DNA of 43,483 nucleotides from a virus (IMGVR_UViG_3300010376_000063:1-43483); one strand, 5' to 3'; counted from the first letter of the stretch, positions 8,930-16,758 are shown. Notes: generated from the letters alone by a model not told the origin. Made by a program: numbers and translations.

Positions 8930-9039
8930 TATGTTCTGGTTTTGTGCTGAAAGCCGATTAGGTGGCCGCTGGTAAGCTTTCCAGACAAGCCCGCTAGTGG
9001 GGTAGCTGGCTTGGCCTTAATCGCAGCCAGCGGCCCTCC

Positions 9040-9331
9040 TAAGCCGACTGCGAGGCATTGCAGCCAGAACCATTGGCCGGTTTCGGCTCGCCTAGCCTTG
9101 TACATTCTAGTACACCCTAGCTTCCTTATCCCGAGGGGGGGGTGGGGGGTAGGTGGGGTGCTATAGTACATGTTTTTTTTTTTTACATACACTATAAGGC
9201 CCTCCCCACCCCCCAGGGGGGTCACGGTATCAGGAAGTTAGGATATACAAGCCGGTACAAGGGAACACAAGCTGGCTAAGGCCAATGCCCCAGTAGCCAG
9301 TCCAATAACGTATTCAATTCTAGTCGGCTTA
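9040..9331. repeat. Long imperfect inverted repeat centred on a T12 tract; candidate replication origin
   Basis: Arms 9096-9133 and 9225-9262 match 29/38 as reverse complements. CATTGGCC/GGCCAATG, TATAGT/ACTATA and ATGT/ACAT all share axis 9179. Confidence 0.8.
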
Positions 9332-9453
9332 AGGCTACAGCTTATTGCTAAGGCCACTGAGGCCAATGACAATCGTAATACATTAAAATGATCGCCTAAG
9401 TTAAATAGTTAAGGGGCCTGGACAACTAAGCCCAAGCCCCTTAGCTAACTGTG

Positions 9454-9657
9454 TCAGATGCCGTAAGACACCTTGTTACCAAACTCTATTGTGATGTCTA
9501 ACAGATGCTCTCTGTGGTCATAGTGTTTGGGGAACTTAAGCCCACAGATACGCAACAGTGTAGGCGCTGTTAGTTCCTTCTGTGGGCTACAGTGGAAGTA
9601 GATAACCCCACGGTCAATGTCTATCTCCAGTGTGCCCTTAACCGCAACCTTAGCCAT
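9454..9657 (-). CDS. Hypothetical early protein
   Basis: SD GGGAGG; last gene of the leftward block, followed by an AAGGGGC/GCCCCTT hairpin. Confidence 0.7.
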   Translation of the reverse strand: MAKVAVKGTLEIDIDRGVIYFHCSPQKELTAPTLLRICGLKFPKHYDHREHLLDITIEFGNKVSYGI

Positions 9658-9668
9658 CTAAGCCTCCC

Positions 9669-9800
9669 TTAGTCTGAGCTAGTCATGAAGGCATGGACTA
9701 CAGCATCCCAGCCAACTAAGCCTACACAGACGCCTAAGGCTACGAATATCCAAAAGGCTATCCATGCCTCATCCGGTATCATATCCCAACGGTCATTCAT
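9669..9800 (-). CDS. 43-aa membrane protein (absent from ORF track)
   Basis: MNDRWDMIPDEAWIAFWIFVALGVCVGLVGWDAVVHAFMTSSD; ATGA coupling. Confidence 0.6.
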   Translation of the reverse strand: MNDRWDMIPDEAWIAFWIFVALGVCVGLVGWDAVVHAFMTSSD

Positions 9801-10018
9801 CTTAGCACCTCTCTAGCCCAGTCCTGAGCATCATTCCAGCAGGCTGACAGAAGCAAGTCTATAAGCTTAGTCTCATCAGGGTCTAGGTTAGCCTGACTGG
9901 CAACTAACCCTATGGCTACGGGTAAGCTCATACCGTAGGCTTTCTTTGTTTCACTCCAACTAGCCTCATGGACAGTGACAACTGCCATGATGGCGTTAGC
10001 TAGATGACTGGTCCACAT
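9797..10018 (-). CDS. Hypothetical early protein
   Basis: SD GGAGG, TAATG coupling; ends WNDAQDWA. Confidence 0.65.
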   Translation of the reverse strand: MWTSHLANAIMAVVTVHEASWSETKKAYGMSLPVAIGLVASQANLDPDETKLIDLLLSACWNDAQDWAREVLR

Positions 10019-10278
10019 TAGTCTATCCTCCATTCCTTGAGTAAAGCCTCAGGGCCAGCGTATTCGTCAAAGGCCACACCCAAGAGCTGAGCCTTAAGCT
10101 CACCAGTCTCGAATGAGCCTAGGGTCTTATGGTACACTCTCCATCTAGGCTCGGCACTAACCATTACACCGCAGAATGGATACCTTGGGTGCTTCTCCTT
10201 GTTAAGGCTGACCATAGGCAACAGTGGCCAATGAGGCCACTCAAATGGATCGTTAAGGAACTCGATATCAGTCATCAT
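10018..10278 (-). CDS. Hypothetical early protein
   Basis: SD GGGAGG; WPHWPLLP...W.ID motif. Confidence 0.7.
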   Translation of the reverse strand: MMTDIEFLNDPFEWPHWPLLPMVSLNKEKHPRYPFCGVMVSAEPRWRVYHKTLGSFETGELKAQLLGVAFDEYAGPEALLKEWRID

Positions 10279-10544
10279 TCCCTCCCTGATACTAAGCCAT
10301 CCCAGCGGCGTTGGATTACATAGCCAAAGTTCCTAGTCTCAAAGGCTATGCAAGGATACAAGGGGATGAACTCCTTATCGCCAAAGTAGAACCGCTTAGC
10401 TGGAGTCCAACAGAATGGCTTACGGTTCTTGGAGTTCCAAGCGTTAGACTTACCGCTAAGCTTACGGTTCTTGCCTATCCAGTTGTCATAGTTCCCAAGC
10501 TCGACATTCATGCAGGGGAACTCATTCTCTGACCATATGCTCAT
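10275..10544 (-). CDS. Hypothetical early protein
   Basis: SD AAGGAGG; coupled ORF. Confidence 0.6.
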   Translation of the reverse strand: MSIWSENEFPCMNVELGNYDNWIGKNRKLSGKSNAWNSKNRKPFCWTPAKRFYFGDKEFIPLYPCIAFETRNFGYVIQRRWDGLVSGRE

Positions 10545-10771
10545 TTAGGTTCCTCCTTAGGCCAGACTAAACCTTCACCATGTATCCACTCTGCAACTAT
10601 CTCATCGCCAGAGTCCACGATGATTACCTTTTGTGTGAGGCCAGCCTTAGCAGCTACGTTAGATGTCTGGAACTTAAAGGCCCTAACCGCAGCTGTAAAG
10701 TCCACATGCTCAACCTCAGCAAAGTAGGTGTCCAGCTCCTTAGAGCTGAACACCCATACAGTGTAGGTCAC
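10541..10771 (-). CDS. Hypothetical early protein
   Basis: GTGA coupling; G.T.KVII.D.GD...EW..G.G..WP motif. Confidence 0.7.
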   Translation of the reverse strand: MTYTVWVFSSKELDTYFAEVEHVDFTAAVRAFKFQTSNVAAKAGLTQKVIIVDSGDEIVAEWIHGEGLVWPKEEPK

Positions 10772-10983
10772 TTACTGCACCAGCAGTCTGAGCATATGTG
10801 ATCGCTGTGGACCTTATCATCGTGATCCTCCCAGACGACCCTGACGTATTTAGCCCCAAGCTTGATTGTGCCTGGAAAGCCAAATTGATTTTCATGCCAA
10901 GCACAGTCATAGTCATGCTTGGCAATGGGTATCGTTACGCTAAGCACATGCCTAGGTAACGATCTGTCAGTCTCGCTTGTCAT
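10768..10983 (-). CDS. Small Cys/His zinc-binding protein
   Basis: SD GGAGG; C..H...HICSDC motifs. Confidence 0.6.
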   Translation of the reverse strand: MTSETDRSLPRHVLSVTIPIAKHDYDCAWHENQFGFPGTIKLGAKYVRVVWEDHDDKVHSDHICSDCWCSK

Positions 10984-11134
10984 GTTGCCTCCTGATTGCA
11001 TAAGCGAAAGTGATAAGCTCGTCACTGTTAGTCTCACGCCATTGCCACAGTACATCCAAGGCCCTGTCAGCAAACTCACTGGCTGTGATAAGGCCATCAA
11101 GGTAACTGTCGGCGTAGCGTCTAAGCTCATCCAT
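10967..11134 (-). CDS. Hypothetical early protein
   Basis: MDELRRYADSYLDGLITASEF...; SD GGGG. Confidence 0.55.
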   Translation of the reverse strand: MDELRRYADSYLDGLITASEFADRALDVLWQWRETNSDELITFAYAIRRQHDKRD

Positions 11135-11135
11135 G

Positions 11136-11294
11136 TTACACCCCTGGCCAATAGTTAGCACAGATATCAGCCATGTCACCGAATTCACGGTAACGCTGTT
11201 GCCATTTGGTAGGCTTCTTCTTAGCCCACCACCAGCTAAAGCCAAAGCGGCCGATCTTGATGAACCTAAGGCTGCCTCTACGCTTGTAAGTCAT
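11136..11294 (-). CDS. 52-aa basic/aromatic protein (absent from ORF track)
   Basis: SD GGAGG; MTYKRRGSLRFIKIGRFGFSWWWAKKK... Confidence 0.6.
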   Translation of the reverse strand: MTYKRRGSLRFIKIGRFGFSWWWAKKKPTKWQQRYREFGDMADICANYWPGV

Positions 11295-11316
11295 GTCATC
11301 CTCCAGATACAAGAAT

Positions 11317-11342
11317 ACCCTGCCAGATTGCTCTGGCAGGGT
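11317..11342 (-). terminator. Hairpin, probable terminator
   Basis: ACCCTGCCAGA-GCAA-TCTGGCAGGGT followed by ATTCTT, downstream of the coiled-coil gene. Confidence 0.55.
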
Positions 11343-11353
11343 TAAGGTTAAGC

Positions 11354-11920
11354 TTAAGCAACGTCAGAGCTTACGAAGCTAGGAGGCTGAAGGATCGAGC
11401 TAAGCCGATCCAGCTTAGACTGTAGCTCCTGGGCACGGTTCTGCCAATCTGTGGCTCTGTGGTGCCACTCATCACGGTCGGCCTCAACCTGCCGCAATGT
11501 CTCGCTTGTGGTATTGTATCGCTGTTCCCACTCGATGGTAGCCCTACGGCTATCCTCCAAGTTGGCTTGAGTGATACGATGACCATCACGCTCACTGTTG
11601 ACCTGATTGCTAAGGTCACTGACCCTGGCATCAGCCTCAACAATGGTATGCCGCAGGGCATCAGCATGTTCAGTGGCCCTACGGTAGCTATCGTTCACAC
11701 TCTCCAGTTCCCCTTGCCTCTGGGCTAAGGCCCCATTGGCATCGTTAAGGCTTTGCTGGAGTTGATAGTTCTGATTCTCGAGCTGAGAGATACGGTCCCT
11801 AAGCTCGTTAACCTGTTGCTGTAGACCAGACACTAAGCCCGCTTGCGCTGACAGCTCATTAACCTGATCTACCACCTTGGCGAAGAACTCTCGCATGGTG
11901 CCTACCTCGATGTTATCCAT
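11354..11920 (-). CDS. Long coiled-coil protein
   Basis: Heptad pattern rich in Q/E/L/R over ~170 aa; SD GAGG. Confidence 0.8.
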   Translation of the reverse strand: MDNIEVGTMREFFAKVVDQVNELSAQAGLVSGLQQQVNELRDRISQLENQNYQLQQSLNDANGALAQRQGELESVNDSYRRATEHADALRHTIVEADARVSDLSNQVNSERDGHRITQANLEDSRRATIEWEQRYNTTSETLRQVEADRDEWHHRATDWQNRAQELQSKLDRLSSILQPPSFVSSDVA

Positions 11921-11969
11921 AACGAAACCTCACAAGGATGGGGAGGGTGTTACCCCTCCCCGGTTGGAA

Positions 11970-12620
11970 TTAGGCGTTAAGCTGAGGGCGGCCACGACCA
12001 GCGACCTTGCCAGCCTTAGCAGCACTCAGTTGCTTGTCTGCCTTCGCCTTGGCAGCCTTGGCCTTAAGCTCAGGGTCTTCCTGGATACCAGAGATATCCA
12101 CAGATGATCCCGCAGCTTCGGCTTCCTCTGCCTCTGCCGCAATCTGAGCCGCAGCCTTAGTCACAAGCTCAGGCCGCTGTTGCAGCAAGATGTTCGCAGA
12201 CTTGGTAATCTGCGCTGACTTGATAAGGCTGATCTTGAAGCCTTTCTTCTTAAGCTCAGCCTTCACGATTGCCCTGGCGAAGTTACGGGCCAGGGTCATC
12301 ACCTCTGCGGGATGCTTGTCACCCTTGGCCTTAGCTGAACCACGGATAACCATCGTCCCTTCGTACATGGCCTTAAGGTTCTCATTGGCCTTAGCCATGA
12401 CTGCTGCTTGGAACTCTCCAAGGGTCTTATAGTCGCCCTTGTTGATCTTGGTCATGCCCTTGTTAACATGGGTCTTTGCGCCCTCTTTGAGCATGTTGAT
12501 GTAGATGTACTCTGCCACCTTGGCGGTATCCACTTCGATCTCGCCGGAGCGGCCCTTGCTAACCGATACGGTCAGCACGGTCGATGGATTGGCCTCTTGG
12601 GCCACGACAGTATCAGTCAT
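11970..12620 (-). CDS. Ala/Lys-rich, histone-like putative DNA-binding protein
   Basis: SD AAGGAG; AK-rich C-terminus; a GGGGAGGG/CCCTCCCC hairpin follows. Confidence 0.7.
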   Translation of the reverse strand: MTDTVVAQEANPSTVLTVSVSKGRSGEIEVDTAKVAEYIYINMLKEGAKTHVNKGMTKINKGDYKTLGEFQAAVMAKANENLKAMYEGTMVIRGSAKAKGDKHPAEVMTLARNFARAIVKAELKKKGFKISLIKSAQITKSANILLQQRPELVTKAAAQIAAEAEEAEAAGSSVDISGIQEDPELKAKAAKAKADKQLSAAKAGKVAGRGRPQLNA

Positions 12621-12718
12621 CTTTTTACTCCTTTTGATGACCAGTTTACCCTAGGGTTAGTACCAAGTGATCCTGACCATAAGTGTCGACCCTTTAGTCA
12701 TTGCTCACCTTGGCTCGG

Positions 12719-12764
12719 CATTGCCGTAGAGTGCCATCGCTTAGGATGACACTCGGCTGCAATG
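12719..12764 (-). other. Long hairpin with internal loop (RNase III-like site)
   Basis: CATTGC-AGCC-GAGTGTCATC-(CTAAGC)-GATGGCACTC-TACG-GCAATG. Confidence 0.5.
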
Positions 12765-12944
12765 TCAAATAAGGTTGATGTAACCGATGCCCTTAAGCAT
12801 CTCCTTAAGCTCGACCTTATCCTTCTCGCTTAAGGCCTTGTATTCCCTCAGGAATGTGAACCCTGTCGAACCATCGTCAGGGTTGATAATCTCGAAGTAA
12901 TGCCGCACAGCTTGCACGAGTGAGGTAATCTGATGCCGTTCCAT
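12765..12944 (-). CDS. 59-aa hypothetical protein (absent from ORF track)
   Basis: SD AAAGGA/AGGA; MERHQITSLVQAVRHYF...FLREYKALSEKDKVELKEML. Confidence 0.7.
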   Translation of the reverse strand: MERHQITSLVQAVRHYFEIINPDDGSTGFTFLREYKALSEKDKVELKEMLKGIGYINLI

Positions 12945-12959
12945 GTCCTAGTCCTTTCC

Positions 12960-13247
12960 TTACCTTAAGGCTTCCTTAGCCTTGTTCAAGAAGTAAGCTC
13001 CAGAGTTAAACAACAGGACCGTAACCCCATTGTCTATTTCCTTAGGGCTAAGCTCAGTTGTATCCTTACCCTTGCGCCTAAGCTCGGTTAAGAACTGCTG
13101 CTTAGCGATAGCCCTAGCCATGTCTTGCACTGGCCCAGGGTTCCACAGCTCACGATGGTAAGTTGTCTTAATCTCCTCTCTGACTGGCTTACGCCGTTTG
13201 ACCTTCTCGACCTTAACCAAGCTGCCATTCCTGAGAACATATCCCAT
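12960..13247 (-). CDS. Hypothetical protein sharing a domain with 11970..12620
   Basis: ARAIA...ELRRKG...EI....LL. Confidence 0.7.
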   Translation of the reverse strand: MGYVLRNGSLVKVEKVKRRKPVREEIKTTYHRELWNPGPVQDMARAIAKQQFLTELRRKGKDTTELSPKEIDNGVTVLLFNSGAYFLNKAKEALR

Positions 13248-13249
13248 TC

Positions 13250-13462
13250 CTAGTCCTCCACATTGAGCATGTACACATCCCTAACCCTGCCGTCAGGCTG
13301 ACCTAAGCCTGTGTATTGAACAAGCTGATTCTTGAGTACCCAACGCTTAACACTGTAACCCTGAGCCTTAAGCTCACGGTATCGCTGATCCCTGGCTGCC
13401 TTTGCTTCCTCGTTAGTGTTGAACTCACCACGATAAGCACCGAAGCTTTCCTGGCTACGCAT
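13250..13462 (-). CDS. Hypothetical early protein
   Basis: SD GGGAGG; TGATG coupling. Confidence 0.65.
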   Translation of the reverse strand: MRSQESFGAYRGEFNTNEEAKAARDQRYRELKAQGYSVKRWVLKNQLVQYTGLGQPDGRVRDVYMLNVED

Positions 13463-13725
13463 CAGTGGCCCTCCCACTCAGAGTTACAGCCATCTTCCAT
13501 CATGGCATCTTGCCATGACCTTTGTGTCTGCTTGGCGATGTTAAGGTCATAAGCGTGCATAACCACGCTCTTGTCGAACCTATCGCCATAGAGCTTGAAC
13601 TCCCCATCGACCATTCTGTCATGGTCATGGAAAGTAACAACCCCATCGTCATGTAAGGTTGCCGTAATCCTTTGGCCAAACTTCGTGTAAAGTCGGCCAG
13701 TGTTGAATCTGATCCTGGTGTTCAT
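13462..13725 (-). CDS. Hypothetical early protein
   Basis: FNTGRLYT..GQRI.A...F.DHDR.VDG motif; ATGA coupling. Confidence 0.7.
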   Translation of the reverse strand: MNTRIRFNTGRLYTKFGQRITATLHDDGVVTFHDHDRMVDGEFKLYGDRFDKSVVMHAYDLNIAKQTQRSWQDAMMEDGCNSEWEGH

Positions 13726-13931
13726 GGCATATTGTGTCCTGATGGGTCCCAACCTCTGATATTCCTAGTCCAGCCAAAGGTCCAGGACCAGAAGTTAGGC
13801 TCTGTGATGGATTGAACTTCGATAGCATAGCTGGAGAAGCCATGCTCCATAGCCCAACTGTGTAGGCCCTCCTTAGACAGGAAAGGCCCAACGTAGTCAT
13901 GGCTATCGAGGGTGAAGAGGATATAAATCAT
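13722..13931 (-). CDS. Hypothetical early protein
   Basis: Coupled ORF with YVGPF motif. Confidence 0.6.
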   Translation of the reverse strand: MIYILFTLDSHDYVGPFLSKEGLHSWAMEHGFSSYAIEVQSITEPNFWSWTFGWTRNIRGWDPSGHNMP

Positions 13932-14143
13932 GGCTGCTTGTCCCAGGGTTGCTTGGCCCGACAGTCAAGCTCTAAGGCCATCTGCTCAAAGTCCCTGGCC
14001 GACGTTGAAGCCATAGCAGCACTGTGCTGCTCATAGCAAAGCTTGTCACCTTGCCAGGACAGAGTAGCAAGATAACCACCTCGGTCAGTGTAGAGAATGT
14101 AGGCTATTCGGGAGCCTACCGCCCTTTCCATCATGAAACCCAT
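13928..14143 (-). CDS. First gene of the leftward early operon
   Basis: ATG 14143 with SD GAAAGG, downstream of promoter 14186-14214. The longer track ORF starts upstream of the promoter and is unlikely. Confidence 0.6.
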   Translation of the reverse strand: MGFMMERAVGSRIAYILYTDRGGYLATLSWQGDKLCYEQHSAAMASTSARDFEQMALELDCRAKQPWDKQP

Positions 14144-14185
14144 AGAGTGCCTACCTTTCAGGGTACACGGATCGCCAGCATCCCT

Positions 14186-14214
14186 AAGATAGCACGTCCC
14201 AGTCCCCCTGTCAA
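14186..14214 (-). promoter_or_regulatory. Sigma70 promoter, leftward early
   Basis: Minus strand reads (C)TTGACA-17 bp-TATCTT with TG just upstream of the -10. Confidence 0.8.
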
Positions 14215-14248
14215 GGCATGGCTGCCATGCGCCGGACGCATAGCTCGC

Positions 14249-14306
14249 GAACGGACCCGGAACGGAACCGGAACGGACCGGGAACAAACCGGAACATACC
14301 AGGAAC
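14249..14306 (+). promoter_or_regulatory. Array of phased GAAC repeats, overlapping LexA-type boxes
   Basis: GAAC at 14249, 14260, 14271, 14282, 14292 and 14303, giving four GAAC-N7-GAAC pairs. Confidence 0.65.
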
Positions 14307-14534
14307 GCCATGCACCGGCTGCATACCTGCCATGCATTTCTGCATACCGCACCGGCACTCTCGGTAGGCGGTTTTAGCTCGATTGGATCGAAATCGGGAA
14401 TTATCGGCTTAAGCTTGGCCTTATGAGTCACGAAACACTGTGTTTGAATCGAATCGGCTGCTGGGGCTAGGGAAGCTCAGGATATTGCATCGGAAAATAG
14501 TTTAGGATTTTACGGAAGATTTTGCATTTTGTGC

Positions 14535-14563
14535 TTGACATTTTAGTCATTTTGTGGTATAAT
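14535..14563 (+). promoter_or_regulatory. Consensus sigma70 promoter, rightward (early/replication)
   Basis: TTGACA-17 bp-TATAAT, extended -10 TG, AT-rich upstream region. Confidence 0.9.
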
Positions 14564-14585
14564 AGTGGGTACAATGGAGAAGTGT

Positions 14586-14918
14586 ATGGGCCTCAAGGCG
14601 ATAATCGACGGATTGATAAAGCAAGGCCAGGACCAAGAGGACGAGGCTTATCGCATTCTTGGTGCCCATCCCGGGCCTGGAACCGATCTGCTTATCTGGC
14701 CTCAGCAGCCCTTAGATGGAAAGTGGTTCGCCACTGGCACAACTAGGGCTGGCGGATCATTCATCAAGAAGTTCTGGTTTGCTCAGCCAATCAGCAGCCA
14801 TGACCTCAATCAGCTTAAACGGGAGGCAATCGACTGGAAGCTCACCTTTCGAGTCGAATATCCAGTCCTTCCTCTCGGACCATTCCCAGATGTTACGGAG
14901 GGATACAATGGCGAATAA
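14586..14918 (+). CDS. Hypothetical protein
   Basis: SD GGAGA; first gene after the promoter. Confidence 0.65.
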   Translation: MGLKAIIDGLIKQGQDQEDEAYRILGAHPGPGTDLLIWPQQPLDGKWFATGTTRAGGSFIKKFWFAQPISSHDLNQLKREAIDWKLTFRVEYPVLPLGPFPDVTEGYNGE

Positions 14919-15276
14919 GCTGCCAATCGAGACAGCAATGGAAGACCACAAGGCTCTGTTGGTGCGAAACCACCAGCTAGAGCAAGAAGTTAAGGCTGGC
15001 CTTGAGCGTGAGGCTATCCTTAAAGGCCGGATCGAGCAACTGGACTCTGACTTAGTCGATACCAGGGCTCGAGCCGATCACTATCTCCGCTGGAATGTGG
15101 AGATAACCCGTCAGCTACACAACATTGGCAACTTCGTCAGCGATGCCATGAACCTGGCGAAGATGGAAGTGGAGAATCAACCAAGTAAGGGTAACCATGG
15201 CGGCGAAGCTGCGATAGGTAGGGCACTAGGAATGGAGACAGGCGATGTCAATATACAACGTGAAGTCAAACGGTAA
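14908..15276 (+). CDS. Coiled-coil hypothetical protein
   Basis: SD GGAGGG before ATG 14908. Confidence 0.7.
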   Translation: MANKLPIETAMEDHKALLVRNHQLEQEVKAGLEREAILKGRIEQLDSDLVDTRARADHYLRWNVEITRQLHNIGNFVSDAMNLAKMEVENQPSKGNHGGEAAIGRALGMETGDVNIQREVKR

Positions 15277-15532
15277 TGGCTATCACTTCCACAAACATGA
15301 CGAGGATTTGAACCCAGAGAATGTCTACGATACCAGCTTAAAGGAATGCACCTGCCCTGGCGGTCGTCGGCCAACTTGTCGGCACCGCCAAATGCTGCCT
15401 GTGTTCCAACACTTAGGCAGGGTTAACACCGGCTGGATGTACGACTTCGAGAATGAAAGCTGGTATTACCTCGATCAAGAAAAAGGTCTGGTACCTGAGA
15501 ACAGAGTCAAAGGCTGGTGGAGGAGAGCATGA
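15245..15532 (+). CDS. SWIM zinc-finger protein
   Basis: CTCPGGRRPTCRH (CxC...CxH). Confidence 0.75.
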   Translation: MSIYNVKSNGNGYHFHKHDEDLNPENVYDTSLKECTCPGGRRPTCRHRQMLPVFQHLGRVNTGWMYDFENESWYYLDQEKGLVPENRVKGWWRRA

Positions 15533-15708
15533 GCGTCGAGAAAGAACACGGTATGTTCATCATCCAGTGTGACGACTGTGATGAAGTCCTCGAGACTGAA
15601 ACCGACGATATCGAAGAAGCCAACCGAGTGGCCGTGAGCAACGGCTGGTCTGTCGAGGGTAAGTTCCACTACTGTGAACAATGCACAGAGGATCATGAAA
15701 ATGAGTAA
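15529..15708 (+). CDS. Zinc-ribbon protein
   Basis: IQCDDC...GW....HYCEQC; SD AGGAG. Confidence 0.75.
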   Translation: MSVEKEHGMFIIQCDDCDEVLETETDDIEEANRVAVSNGWSVEGKFHYCEQCTEDHENE

Positions 15709-15880
15709 ATGGACGAGAGCCCGTAGGGCCAAGCTTAGCGCAAGCATGAAGGCACATCATGCAATGAAGAAAATCTCACCCCCAATGAGGGTCAAGCAAT
15801 CTTCTCACTTCTATCGCCTAGTTGGGGCTGAGTTAAAGCCCGTAAAGGTGAAGAAGATCGTTGCATGGGTGATCGAATGA
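15695..15880 (+). CDS. Small basic protein
   Basis: RAKLSASMKAHH segment; coupled ORF. Confidence 0.55.
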   Translation: MKMSKWTRARRAKLSASMKAHHAMKKISPPMRVKQSSHFYRLVGAELKPVKVKKIVAWVIE

Positions 15881-16152
15881 CCAGGGGCGAGGTTAACAAC
15901 CGTATCAACGAAATCATCCAAGAGGCCGTCCAACGATCTGGTGGTGATTGGGAACGGTCCTATCGTAGTGAAGTGGAGCAAATATGGGTTCTTGTGGGTA
16001 AGCTTACCCCTGAGCCTAAGGCCAAGCCCGCCGTCCCTGACCTTCCGCCTAAGCTTGTCGCTAGGGCTAAGCGGATCAAGGACAGAACCACCTTCACCGA
16101 AGAACAAAGGGAAGCCGCCAGGGCTGCCCTTAGAGCAGTAGGATTGATCTAA
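15877..16152 (+). CDS. Hypothetical protein
   Basis: ATGA coupling; ends TEEQREAARAALRAVGLI. Confidence 0.65.
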   Translation: MTRGEVNNRINEIIQEAVQRSGGDWERSYRSEVEQIWVLVGKLTPEPKAKPAVPDLPPKLVARAKRIKDRTTFTEEQREAARAALRAVGLI

Positions 16153-16679
16153 TGACCGACTTTGCCGCCATGATGAAGGACGCTAACCGTCTCAAAGAAG
16201 CTTGCCGTGAACTTGGAAAGGGCCTTAAGAGCTTAGAGAACAGAATGCATGCAGCCTTCATCATGGTGGACAGGGCTACCACAGCCGATGAACTCGAGGT
16301 GGCCTTAGTCGACCTTCGCAAGATATGGAGTGACCTAAACGATAAGGACCTAGACTATGAACGAGAACCTTTGGCTGATACTCCACAAAGTGGACGGACA
16401 ACCCGCCCTCGACGTGGGACACATACTGGAAAAGACAGAGCCAGACTCAGAGGAGATTTGGATAGTTTCAACGTCGGGTCATCGGGCTTATCCGCACAAG
16501 ACTTGGCGTCTGGCGGACTGGGACTTCGTTCACGACGCCGGGATCGAAAAGGCAATGATAGAACCCCTTCCACCGGACCTGCCGGAGCATTACCGGACAA
16601 AAAGCGCCGCCACCGAAAAGCAGACCTTCGATATCGGGTCGATCCTCAAGGACCTGATACCGACCCGGAAGTTTCTTAG
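16152..16679 (+). CDS. Hypothetical protein; 3' part overlaps the next gene
   Basis: TAATG coupling; helical N-terminal ~70 aa, then low-information sequence. Confidence 0.5.
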   Translation: MTDFAAMMKDANRLKEACRELGKGLKSLENRMHAAFIMVDRATTADELEVALVDLRKIWSDLNDKDLDYEREPLADTPQSGRTTRPRRGTHTGKDRARLRGDLDSFNVGSSGLSAQDLASGGLGLRSRRRDRKGNDRTPSTGPAGALPDKKRRHRKADLRYRVDPQGPDTDPEVS

Positions 16680-16689
16680 GAGGGCCTAA
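16357..16689 (+). CDS. Conserved hypothetical protein
   Basis: LILHKV.GQPA.D...WIV.TSGHRAYP motif; SD AAGGA. Confidence 0.75.
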   Translation: MNENLWLILHKVDGQPALDVGHILEKTEPDSEEIWIVSTSGHRAYPHKTWRLADWDFVHDAGIEKAMIEPLPPDLPEHYRTKSAATEKQTFDIGSILKDLIPTRKFLRRA

Positions 16690-16758
16690 TGCCATGCCCA
16701 CTATCCGGGACAATGTTCTGCCCAATGGCAGCAAAGTGCATTGAAGGAGTGTGTGGGT

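Noticed and set aside
8929-9225. 98-aa ORF across the dyad region
   Set aside because: Translates homopolymer runs and has no SD; the region is better explained as non-coding.
9380-9415. CtrA box (TTAA-N7-TTAA)
   Set aside because: The TTAA spacings present do not equal 7.
14249-14306. Mini-CRISPR array
   Set aside because: Units are ~11 bp with no unique spacers.
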